A stretch of 56,892 nt of DNA from an uncultured Peptostreptococcaceae bacterium (GCA_964644525.1 CAZXWC010000003.1:1-56892), one strand, 5' to 3'; shown: positions 27,701 to 35,388, counted from the stretch's first letter. Notes: generated from the letters alone by a model not told the origin. Numbers and translations: made by a program.

Positions 27701-29835
27701 GGGATGATCCATTAATCGATACTGCCGAGATGCTAAAAACAATGACGCTTATGGATCCGGACTGGGAGAGTGCCACCACCGAGGGGACCATTGCGGTCGA
27801 ATATCTTTGTATGGATGCTTTGAACGAAGATGGAACCTTCGGGACGAGCGGCAACCTGGCGGACGATATATGGGCTATTGAAGCTTACTTAAGCCTTGGC
27901 GCCGAGCTTGACCTGGGACTTTCAGTTTCACCTGCAGACAGCTCGATTACCGAGAACAACACAAAGCAGTATTCAGCTTCTGTAATAGGACTTAGCGGCA
28001 CGGAGAATGTGACGGAGTCGGTCGAATGGTCCGTAAGCGACAATTCAAAGGCAAGCATTGATTCAAATGGTTTGTTGACGGCCAAAAACCCGGGAGTTGT
28101 TACTGTTCGCGCTTCATACAACGGGCTTGTAGGCCAAACAGAACTTACAATAAGCAATTACGAGGCTCCTATGGACAGGGCCTATGTAACGGTCAAGGGG
28201 TACGGGGAAACTATACTTCCGAGAACTTCGGTAACCATAGGACGCGGAGACAGCGTGCTTGATGTTACAAAGGATATTTTGGACTCAAGAAATATTTCAT
28301 ACACAGCTTCAGGCGGATATGTGAGCGAGATAGACGGAATAAAGGAAAAAGATTACGGCGCCCAAAGCGGATGGATGGTTTTGATAAACGGTGATGCGCC
28401 ACCAAGCAGTACGGACAATGTTTCCGCAGAAAATGGCGACAATATCTATTGGTTCTATACATCGGACTGGACTGAGGAAGAAGGCGCATTCGCGGGAGAA
28501 ATAGAAGAAACGGAAGTTTTGGCGGATGATCTGCTTGCCGACGAAGATTCCACCCTCGAGGAGATAGATGCCGCCTTCGACGCGCTCATGGAAGAAGAGG
28601 GCGAGGATGCTGCAGACACTCTGATTCTCCTTGCGGAATCGGCAATAAAAAAATCCGGCCAGGTTTCATTAGAAATGGATGGAAATGAGCCTGCGGACAT
28701 GGACGCATCCGACCTTGAGGTTTTGTCGGAGGCGGCTGTGGACAAGGCTTCGGATTTAAGCGACGAATTTGAGGAAGAAGGCATAGCTCTGGACAAAGCC
28801 CTCGAAAGCAGGGTTTTCATAAGGGCGGAAGAGGACGAGGATGCTGCCTCTGTTGAATTCGAAGCGGGAGCTTTGGCAAGAGCCTTTGATGCGAACCTTG
28901 ACCAGGTGGCTGTAGCTACACCGTGGGCGGAGATCGAACTCGGCGCTGACACTCTAAGCGACGAGGACGTGGACAAGGAGGTTTTGCTTGAGGTCAAGCC
29001 GGCTGACGATTCCGATTTGCCGGAAGGCGCGGATGTTCCCGATGGCTCTACTGTAATCGACATGAATCTGTTTGTTGGCGGAGAAAAGGTAAGCAATTTC
29101 AAGGGAAGCATGACGGTTTCGATTCCGGTCGAATACGATGGGGACAATGAGGCGGCGCTTACGGTATACTGGCTTCAGGACGACGGCAGCGTCGTACCTG
29201 TTGGAGGCGCATACAACGAGGAAAGCGGAATGATTGTTTTTGAGACAAATCACTTCAGCAAGTATTTTGCCGATGAATCCCATGTTTCATTTGATGATAT
29301 GGAACTTGCGGCATGGGCGGAAGAACAAGTGTCGGCAATGGCAGGAAAGGGCTTCGTAAATGGAAGGGGTCCTGGCCAATTCGATCCTTCAAACGATATA
29401 AGAAGAGCGGAATTCGTTGCGATAGTCACAAGGATGCTGAGCCTAGAGGCTTCATATGACTATACGGCGGAATTTGCAGATGTTTCTGATTCGGACTGGT
29501 TCGCCGCTTCTGTTGCCGCAGCAAGCGAGGCGGGACTGATGAACGGAAAGGGCGGGGGAATGTTCGACCCAAATGGAAAGATAACACGTCAGGAGCAGGC
29601 TGTTGTGCTTGCCAATATTTTGCAAAACTATGGGTATTTTGCAGGATCGACAGACTTGAAAAATGTGTTTGAGGATGCGACTGACATAGCCTATTGGGCT
29701 GAAGATGGAGCAATATGCGCAGTGCATCATGGCCTGATCAATGGAATGGACGGTCGGTTTGCCCCGAATGAAAAAGCTACTAGAGCCCAATCGGCTGTAA
29801 TGCTTTACAGGCTTTATGCAAAGATAATTAAGTAG
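24766..29835 (+). CDS. 1689-aa SLH-anchored surface protein: 3x(alpha-barrel + Ig-like BIG2), DUF4430, acidic linker, beta domain ending NHFSKY, 3 SLH
   Basis: Signal peptide; three ~370-aa repeats starting D/NDLA.QAV.N.Y..YQ; Ig-like WSV.....A.I...G.LTA...G.V.V.A; DUF4430 YVSEIDG...SGWM..ING; SLH motifs (WA...V...GF.NG, RAEF, TRQE, TRAQ). Confidence 0.85.
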   Translation: MKSRFLSFLIIIAMLFGMVPNVGMVTAFGQPAPAQTVDDLALQAVRNIYEKYQGGAAVDGAGYTSFDSYYGTVLIDAGIDLSTWERNGTNLKDEFLALIDETVLNLEGKTSKRIAQDYFLAQKLGQTTRSEVLLDALVDAQTSAGALSSNFYGDAPAYDILGEAGATDGFDKAVAVSYINGRQGSDGCIAWDFTATAQAARALKYLDETQASIASASAWLQTKQLGDGSYSVHHAGYTWDGVDYPSYYEDFLIDTAEMLKFMTLADSDWVTTTSEGAAAADYLVNEALNDDGTFGTSKNLMDDVWALEAYINLGANISIDAEVDLTINERKTRLDKGEQCVFTLNGFIMNGNSDGVSASNASWSVSNSSKAAIDSNGVLTAIDVGEVTVTATYEGISDSVVVEVYSLNDLALQAVRNIYEKYQDGLAVGEPETQWGAYMSSSDCKAIIDAGIDISTWERNGTNLKEEIEAHIEGASGRDAKQLAQDYLYLDAAGETTSASAVLDMIKAMQTSTGALSESMYADATAFDMLGEAGVFNFADALNNASAENYLEGAQGSDGSWAWGDFASTAQIARALKLLDPDSESVTSAAAWLGKKQLENGSYNNSSVYDGVTYWDDALVDTAEMLLVMTAIDSDWASTTSEGAAALDYLGTDAWNDDGTFGGYKNLADDVYALKSFMKMGATTSGASVIGITIDADDSNIYEDGDTSTFTATKHLFDGTTQSASASDLDWSVDESSKASVSDGVLSASSAGDVVVTANLDGMTNSESITIYSLDDLAMQAVQNAYDRYQDGALVDGAYGNFDSYHGAVLVDAGIDLSTWERNDTNLRAEMIDLIDASIASPSDMSSKRIAQDYFLAQKIGDTARAEALLNVLKGNQTIEGALSSNYLGDANAFDLLREAGDLNKVSTTSAIDYIKANQNQEEYTWGYAYLGWNSDFMGTAQSVRNLIELEPESTAVTSGVAWLQSKQTIEGSFLNGAWDDPLIDTAEMLKTMTLMDPDWESATTEGTIAVEYLCMDALNEDGTFGTSGNLADDIWAIEAYLSLGAELDLGLSVSPADSSITENNTKQYSASVIGLSGTENVTESVEWSVSDNSKASIDSNGLLTAKNPGVVTVRASYNGLVGQTELTISNYEAPMDRAYVTVKGYGETILPRTSVTIGRGDSVLDVTKDILDSRNISYTASGGYVSEIDGIKEKDYGAQSGWMVLINGDAPPSSTDNVSAENGDNIYWFYTSDWTEEEGAFAGEIEETEVLADDLLADEDSTLEEIDAAFDALMEEEGEDAADTLILLAESAIKKSGQVSLEMDGNEPADMDASDLEVLSEAAVDKASDLSDEFEEEGIALDKALESRVFIRAEEDEDAASVEFEAGALARAFDANLDQVAVATPWAEIELGADTLSDEDVDKEVLLEVKPADDSDLPEGADVPDGSTVIDMNLFVGGEKVSNFKGSMTVSIPVEYDGDNEAALTVYWLQDDGSVVPVGGAYNEESGMIVFETNHFSKYFADESHVSFDDMELAAWAEEQVSAMAGKGFVNGRGPGQFDPSNDIRRAEFVAIVTRMLSLEASYDYTAEFADVSDSDWFAASVAAASEAGLMNGKGGGMFDPNGKITRQEQAVVLANILQNYGYFAGSTDLKNVFEDATDIAYWAEDGAICAVHHGLINGMDGRFAPNEKATRAQSAVMLYRLYAKIIK
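24877..28160 (+). repeat. Intragenic triplication of a ~1.1 kb module
   Basis: Units start at 24877, 25987 and 27088 (periods 1110 and 1101 nt). The 35-nt string GCGCTCCAGGCGGTCAGGAACATATATGAAAAATA is identical at 24886-24920 and 25996-26030. Confidence 0.9.
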
Positions 29836-29887
29836 GAACAGTCAAAATGAATTAATGCAATTTGCTTATATTCAATAGTAAATGACT

Positions 29888-29926
29888 ATAATAACGGCCC
29901 TGGTTCTTCGGGGCCGTTATTATTAT
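29888..29926 (+). terminator. Terminator ending the cobalamin operon
   Basis: ATAATAACGGCCC / GGGCCGTTATTAT. Confidence 0.75.
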
Positions 29927-30051
29927 CAGTATTAATGTATAAATAAAGCAAAAAGTGGTATTATTAAAACATATACAGATTGGTACTTTCCGTTTGTCAA
30001 GGGGGACAAGAGGATTGGAAATATTATTTGCGGTGAAATTGAGGCCATCTG

Positions 30052-31080
30052 ATGAATGAAAAAAGATATGGAAGCAACAAGTTTACAAAAACTTTTTTTC
30101 TGCTGTCGCTATTTGTGGGAATTGCAAGTGTATTTCTTTTGGATTTCTATTTTGAGGAATCCATGCCGAATTATGTACAATTATCATACTACAAGTATTT
30201 TGTGATTGTTGTAATAATGTTATGCCTTGTAATCGGATGCAATAAAAAAAACCGAATTATTTTTAACAAGATTGCCATAGTAATAATTGAAACTCTTCTT
30301 GTCACTTTTATGTACATGACGGTAATCAACGACTTTGACGGCAAAATTTTTCTTGTATCCATAATTGCCTTAATTGTGGTGATTCCGTTTCTCACTATAA
30401 GGATGGTTTCTGTTGCAACCATTCTTTTTTGGACGGCGGCAACTGTTGTATTCTATTTGAGAACTTTAAACCCTGGAATTGAGTTGCCGGTATTTTTGTT
30501 TTTCACGATTTTCCCGCCGATTCTTATTCTGGTAATAAGTTTGGAAAAGACAAAAATGGCGATGGAAATGAAAAAAATGGCTATGTACGATCAGTTGACG
30601 GATATACCAAACAGAGAGTATACAAAACAACTGGTTGAGGAAAAAATACAAGGTGGGCATCCTTTTGGATTTTTGTTTATAGACTTGGACAACTTTAAGG
30701 AGATAAATGATAAATACGGACATACTGAAGGGGATCGTATATTGAAAAGTGTTGCATCTTCATTCAAAAGGGATGTGCGTGAAAATGACTTGGTGGGCAG
30801 ATTGTGCGGCGATGAATTTCTTATAATGCTTATGAATTGCGAGGACAGAAAAGGGGTTGAAAATGTTTTTGAAAGAATTTCCACTGGATTCGATGTAAAG
30901 ATAAGAAACGAGTATATTACTTATTCTGTTGGGGCTGTTATGTTTCCCGGTGATGCATCTGACTATAGGGAAATACTTAAAAAATCAGATATTGCCATGT
31001 ACAAGTCGAAGGCAAAGGGGAAAAACCAACTCTGTTTTTATGATGATGATTGTGATTATTATTTGTATGTGAAAGATTAG
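30052..31080 (+). CDS. Membrane-bound GGDEF-domain protein (diguanylate cyclase-like, CGDEF variant)
   Basis: About 5 TM segments; YDQLT.IPNR, FIDLDNFK.IND.YGH..GD, RENDLVGRLCGDEF, SVG, DIAMY.SK..GKN. Confidence 0.9.
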   Translation: MNEKRYGSNKFTKTFFLLSLFVGIASVFLLDFYFEESMPNYVQLSYYKYFVIVVIMLCLVIGCNKKNRIIFNKIAIVIIETLLVTFMYMTVINDFDGKIFLVSIIALIVVIPFLTIRMVSVATILFWTAATVVFYLRTLNPGIELPVFLFFTIFPPILILVISLEKTKMAMEMKKMAMYDQLTDIPNREYTKQLVEEKIQGGHPFGFLFIDLDNFKEINDKYGHTEGDRILKSVASSFKRDVRENDLVGRLCGDEFLIMLMNCEDRKGVENVFERISTGFDVKIRNEYITYSVGAVMFPGDASDYREILKKSDIAMYKSKAKGKNQLCFYDDDCDYYLYVKD

Positions 31081-31100
31081 GATGCCTAGGAGGGACATGT

Positions 31101-32051
31101 ATGGGAGACGGTTTGAAAGGTTATACCCTTGTGCTTTTTTCGGCTTTTCTTTGGGCGACTACGGGAGTGTTCGGAGGACTTCTTCTCGATGCCGGCCTTT
31201 CATCAAGACAGGTTGTATTTTTAAGGATGTTTGGGTCTTCATCGATTCTTTTTTTGATTTTTGTGTTCTTCAAGCCCTCCAATTTCAAGATAGACAGGAA
31301 AGGGATTTTATTAACTATGATTTTTGGCCTTCTTGGGCAGGCCACATTAAACTGGTTTTATTTTGAGACTCTCAGGTTGACATCGGTCTCCACAATTACC
31401 GTATTCCTCTACACTTCGCCAGCATTCATAGCCGTAATGGCATATTTCATTTTTGGAGAAATTTTTGATTGGGGGAAGGGAATCGCCTTGATTTTAAGTT
31501 TCGGGGGATGTCTTCTTGTAAGCACTGGAGGCGACTTGGGCAACCTTGCTTTGAATTTGCGGGGTATATTGAATGGATTGGGAGCAGGTGTAACTTTTGC
31601 TGTTTTTCAAATCTTGTGCAAATATTTGTCTGACGACTATAACGAATTTACAATTATATTTTACGCTATGGTTTTCGGTTGGGTGTTTTTTCTGCCATTT
31701 TCGCAAATCGGCGACATATTGACCATGGAATGGTCCGCTGGAATGATGGGTATCGCTATTATGCATTGGATTATTCCAACGGTCATTGGGTACAGCATAT
31801 ATATAAAGGCATATACATACGGCATAGAATCTTCCAAGGCGGGTATTCTGGCTTCAATGGAAGTGGTATTCGCAGCAGTTCTTTCTTTTGCTTTTTTCGG
31901 GGAAATTATGGGATTTGTAAAAGTTATCGGGATTTTGCTGGTGATGAGCGGGGTATCGGTCTTTGCCGTAAAAGCAAAAGTGGGAAAATCGGGAATAATC
32001 CAAGAACCTCCCGGTATAAGCGAAGCTAAAAATTCAAGGAGGGTAAAATGA
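31101..32051 (+). CDS. EamA/DMT-family transporter
   Basis: 10 TM in two repeats; LYTSPAF, AGILASMEVVFA..L.F..FGE. Confidence 0.85.
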   Translation: MGDGLKGYTLVLFSAFLWATTGVFGGLLLDAGLSSRQVVFLRMFGSSSILFLIFVFFKPSNFKIDRKGILLTMIFGLLGQATLNWFYFETLRLTSVSTITVFLYTSPAFIAVMAYFIFGEIFDWGKGIALILSFGGCLLVSTGGDLGNLALNLRGILNGLGAGVTFAVFQILCKYLSDDYNEFTIIFYAMVFGWVFFLPFSQIGDILTMEWSAGMMGIAIMHWIIPTVIGYSIYIKAYTYGIESSKAGILASMEVVFAAVLSFAFFGEIMGFVKVIGILLVMSGVSVFAVKAKVGKSGIIQEPPGISEAKNSRRVK

Positions 32052-32524
32052 ATACTTTGATTGTTTATGCAACAAAACACGGGGCTACCGAAAGGGCTGC
32101 TAAAAAGCTTTCGGAGAAACTGAACGGAAATGTCGACTGTTTTAATCTGAAAAAAAATATTCCGGAATCCATGGATGGATACGAAAGGGTCGTGTTGGGC
32201 ACCTCTGTATATGCGGGAAAGCTGCATAAGGAGTTTGTTGAATTTATCAAAAAAAACGAAGAAAAGCTCAAGAAAAAGGAATATGCATTTTTTGTATGCT
32301 GTGGATTTGAAACTAAAGCCGAGACTTATCTTAGGGAAAACTTTTCGGATGAAATTGTTGACGGAGCATTGTTTGTAAAATATTTCGGCCAGGAGATAGT
32401 TTGGAAAAAAATGAAGTTGTACGAGCGTGCCGCAATGATAATGGTTGCAAAGGTAAAGAAGGATGTTCACGATATAAGGGACAAAGAAATCGAAGAAGCC
32501 GCTGAAATCCTTGATGCGGTATAA
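32048..32524 (+). CDS. Flavodoxin-domain protein (HemG-like / Flavodoxin_5)
   Basis: LIVYATKHGAT, VVLGTSVYAGKL, AFFVCCG. Confidence 0.8.
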   Translation: MNTLIVYATKHGATERAAKKLSEKLNGNVDCFNLKKNIPESMDGYERVVLGTSVYAGKLHKEFVEFIKKNEEKLKKKEYAFFVCCGFETKAETYLRENFSDEIVDGALFVKYFGQEIVWKKMKLYERAAMIMVAKVKKDVHDIRDKEIEEAAEILDAV

Positions 32525-32693
32525 AAAGGTGAGCCGGATTAAAAAGATATGATGCCGGGCGTAATTTGAAAAAATCGAGTATTGATGATACAATCTGATG
32601 GTTGGTTGCAGGCTGATGAAGGGATATGGTTAAACATAAGATTGTCATCAAAATAGCCACTTCCCAATTCTTTGACCTTAACAATGCAACAGC

Positions 32694-32722
32694 TTGACTA
32701 TCGAGGCATACAAAAATATTAT
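32694..32722 (+). promoter_or_regulatory. sigma-A promoter of murI
   Basis: TTGACT-N17-TATTAT. Confidence 0.55.
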
Positions 32723-32751
32723 CCAGATTAATTAAGAGGGGAGTTGTACAG

Positions 32752-33549
32752 GTGAAACACGGAGATAAAATAGGGATTATAGATTCTGGAATCGGGGGAT
32801 TCACAGTAGTAAAGGAACTAAGGGACTTGTTGCCCAATGAGGGCATAGTTTATGTTGGAGATAATTTGAATTGTCCTTATGGAAATAGAAGCAAGGAAGA
32901 GATTTTGAAGCTAACGTTGGACATGCTTGACTTGTTGGAGGCAAAACAAGTAAAAGTAGCAGGTATTGCCTGCAATACTATTTCAACACTGATTGAAGAC
33001 TATAAAGACAGGTATGATTTTCCAATATTGGATATAATAACACCGACGACGGATTACGTTATTGACAGCAAAATAGATAATATAGGAATATTGGGAACTA
33101 CTTTTACCATAGAGAATGGAACGTATCAAAAAAAGCTTTTAAGTGAGAATGAAAGCATGAAAATTGTTGCTGAACCATCACCCAACTTAGCTGCTTTGAT
33201 TGATAGTTGTGACTTTGATTCGCCGGCTATCAGAAAAGACATTAAGCTTCACCTGGAGAATATGAAAAATGGAAACAAGATTGAACATTTGATATTGGCA
33301 TGTACTCATTATCCAATTGCGGCAGATGTTTTTAAAGATGAAGCGCCAAATTTGGAAATAATAAATCCGGCATATTATCTTGCTGAAAAAATCAAGAAGA
33401 AGTTGAATGACAACAATATGCTTGAAAAAGATAATAAATCAGATGTTGCTATTGAGATATTTACTACAGGGAATGCCGAGATATACAATAAAACAATAAA
33501 AAAACTTGGAATTGATGACAAGTTTTGCATTAACGAGATTAGTATATAA
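32752..33549 (+). CDS. murI: Glutamate racemase
   Basis: DSGIGG, D....PYG, ACNT and LACTHYP (two catalytic Cys); GTG start. Confidence 0.88.
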   Translation: MKHGDKIGIIDSGIGGFTVVKELRDLLPNEGIVYVGDNLNCPYGNRSKEEILKLTLDMLDLLEAKQVKVAGIACNTISTLIEDYKDRYDFPILDIITPTTDYVIDSKIDNIGILGTTFTIENGTYQKKLLSENESMKIVAEPSPNLAALIDSCDFDSPAIRKDIKLHLENMKNGNKIEHLILACTHYPIAADVFKDEAPNLEIINPAYYLAEKIKKKLNDNNMLEKDNKSDVAIEIFTTGNAEIYNKTIKKLGIDDKFCINEISI

Positions 33550-33622
33550 TTAATTGCAAAAGAAAGCAGACAAGAAAAGATAAAAATGATTGTAAAGCGA
33601 AGACAATATAAAAATATTAAAC

Positions 33623-33655
33623 ATATTAAACCCCGGCGACGCCGGGGTTTAATAT
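33623..33655. terminator. Stem-loop / terminator after murI
   Basis: ATATTAAACCCCGGC / GCCGGGGTTTAATAT perfect 15-bp arms. Confidence 0.75.
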
Positions 33656-33689
33656 ATGCGTCAAAACGAACAATATAGCACTGCATTTT

Positions 33690-33720
33690 ACAAATAGTTC
33701 GCGAAAATTGAACTATTTGT
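33690..33720. promoter_or_regulatory. Candidate operator palindrome upstream of the amt promoter
   Basis: ACAAATAGTTC-N9-GAACTATTTGT perfect 11-bp inverted repeat. Confidence 0.45.
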
Positions 33721-33760
33721 AAATAAATTAAAAAATAATAAAAAATATTTCGGAAAAGCA

Positions 33761-33789
33761 TTGACATATATCCTGAATGGTCATATAAT
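33761..33789 (+). promoter_or_regulatory. Consensus sigma-A promoter of the T-box/amt unit
   Basis: TTGACA-N17-TATAAT, perfect match. Confidence 0.9.
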
Positions 33790-33844
33790 TCTGAACTATA
33801 TTAAGTATACAAAATACAGAAAAACAAAAAACCAAAAAAACAAA

Positions 33845-34104
33845 AGACGATGAAGGGAAGAGTAATTTCAATCCGAATTCAAGCGAGCTGGTGATGGTGA
33901 AAGACCGGCGGGAGGATTGTTTTGAAGAACATCCCGGAGTCTCTGACCGAAATGAAAAGAGTAGGCTCAGACGGAAAGGGACCGTTACATCTCTAAAGTA
34001 CCAGTAATATTGATGTGTACTTGCGAGCAGGCTTAAAAGCAATTGGGGTGGCAACGCGGAAGATGACCTTTCGTCCTTATGACAGGGATGAAGGGTCTTT
34101 ATAT
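33845..34104 (+). ncRNA. T-box riboswitch, transcriptional, probable Asn specifier
   Basis: Stem I: GATGA/GGA K-turn, GGGA/TCCC helix, AGTA/GAA, AGCGAG-CTGGT-GATGGTGAAAG-ACCGG apex, specifier loop GAAGAACA. Stem II with GAA/AGTA; CCGTTA; T-box GGGG-TGGCAAC-GCGG (34045-59); terminator GACCTTTCGTCCTT/AGGGATGAAGGGTC plus TTTATAT. Confidence 0.92.
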
Positions 34105-34143
34105 ATTCAAATCAAACAAAGGACAATGAAAAGGAGTGATTTT

Positions 34144-35388
34144 ATGGAAGGATTGACTATGAAGGCAATTGACACAATGTGGGTTCTCATTGCGGCGGCA
34201 CTGGTGTTTTTCATGCAGGCGGGATTCGCTTTGGTGGAGGCGGGCTTTACAAGATCGAAAAATGCAGGAAACATTATTATGAAAAACCTCATGGACTTTT
34301 CCATAGGATCTATCATGTATTGGGTCATTGGATTCGGACTCATGTTCGGAATTACAAACTACGGTTTTTTCGGAACGATAATGCCTTTTTCAACTGGTGA
34401 TTTTTCACACCTGGGCCTTGGCATACCAACTGAGGCCTTCCTGATTTTTCAAACGGTATTTTGCGCCACGGCGGCGACCATAGTATCCGGAGCCATGGCG
34501 GAAAGGACAAAATTTCTCGGCTATTTGATATTCAGCTTTTTTATGACATCTCTGATATATCCCGTAGTTGGACACTGGGTGTGGGGAGGCGGATGGCTTG
34601 CGGGAATGGGCTTTCATGATTTCGCCGGATCGAGCGTAGTTCACGGACTTGGAGGCATGGCTGCTTTGGTTGGAGCTTACATCCTTAAGCCAAGAATTGG
34701 GAAATACGATTTGTCGGGCAAAGCCAATTCAATACCCGGCCACAATATGATAATGGGAGCATTGGGTGTATTCGTGCTCTGGCTAGGCTGGTTCGGCTTC
34801 AACCCCGGATCGACGCTTTCGGGAATGGCGTTTGAGGATATTTCGCACATATTCATGACGACAAACCTTTCGGCTGCTATGGCTGCGACAGCGGCAATGC
34901 TTTTCACATGGATCAAGTCGGGAAAGCCGGATGTGGGAATGACTCTCAATGGAGCTTTGGCTGGGCTTGTTGGAATAACTGCGGGAACAGATGCGGTAAG
35001 CCTGGTCGGCGCCGCGGCAATAGGACTTATTTCAGGGGTGTTGGTTGTATTGGGGGTAGAATTCATAGATAAAAAGTTAAAAATCGATGATCCGGTGGGA
35101 GCTTCGTCGGTTCACGGCATATGCGGATTTTCCGGAACGATTCTTGTAGGTATATTCGCAAGGGATGGAGGACTCCTTTACGGGGGAGGAACAGACCTTT
35201 TGGTCACGCAGACAATAGGCGTTTGGGCAATAGCTCTTTGGACGCTTGCTAGCAGCCTTGTGCTTTTCAAGGCAATAGAAGCGACGGTCGGATTGAGAGT
35301 TGGAGAGGAAGAGGAAAAAGTCGGATTGGATCTGAAAGAGCACGGCATAAGCAGCTATGGGGACTTCAAAATCAAAAGGGCAATTTGA
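34144..35388 (+). CDS. amtB: Ammonium transporter (Amt family)
   Basis: FFMQAGFALVEAG, FQTVF..TAATIVSGAMAER, DFAGSSVVH, GWFGFNPGS, NGALAGLVGIT, DDPVGA..VHG; twin His and Phe gate present; start at ATG 34144 (RBS AAGGAG). Confidence 0.95.
   Translation: MEGLTMKAIDTMWVLIAAALVFFMQAGFALVEAGFTRSKNAGNIIMKNLMDFSIGSIMYWVIGFGLMFGITNYGFFGTIMPFSTGDFSHLGLGIPTEAFLIFQTVFCATAATIVSGAMAERTKFLGYLIFSFFMTSLIYPVVGHWVWGGGWLAGMGFHDFAGSSVVHGLGGMAALVGAYILKPRIGKYDLSGKANSIPGHNMIMGALGVFVLWLGWFGFNPGSTLSGMAFEDISHIFMTTNLSAAMAATAAMLFTWIKSGKPDVGMTLNGALAGLVGITAGTDAVSLVGAAAIGLISGVLVVLGVEFIDKKLKIDDPVGASSVHGICGFSGTILVGIFARDGGLLYGGGTDLLVTQTIGVWAIALWTLASSLVLFKAIEATVGLRVGEEEEKVGLDLKEHGISSYGDFKIKRAI

Noticed and set aside
24005-29147. 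Several 150-230-aa minus-strand ORFs inside the SLH genes (e.g. 24005-24658, 28455-29147)
   Set aside because: Ser-rich antisense frames expected opposite Asp/Glu-rich genes
31661-32593. 310-aa minus-strand ORF
   Set aside because: Antisense to the EamA and flavodoxin genes; Phe/Ile-rich shadow of AT-rich codons
32752-33549. murI as a horizontally acquired low-GC gene
   Set aside because: Sampled lines are about 30-38% GC by hand count, but the GGDEF gene also looks AT-rich, so the contrast is not distinctive
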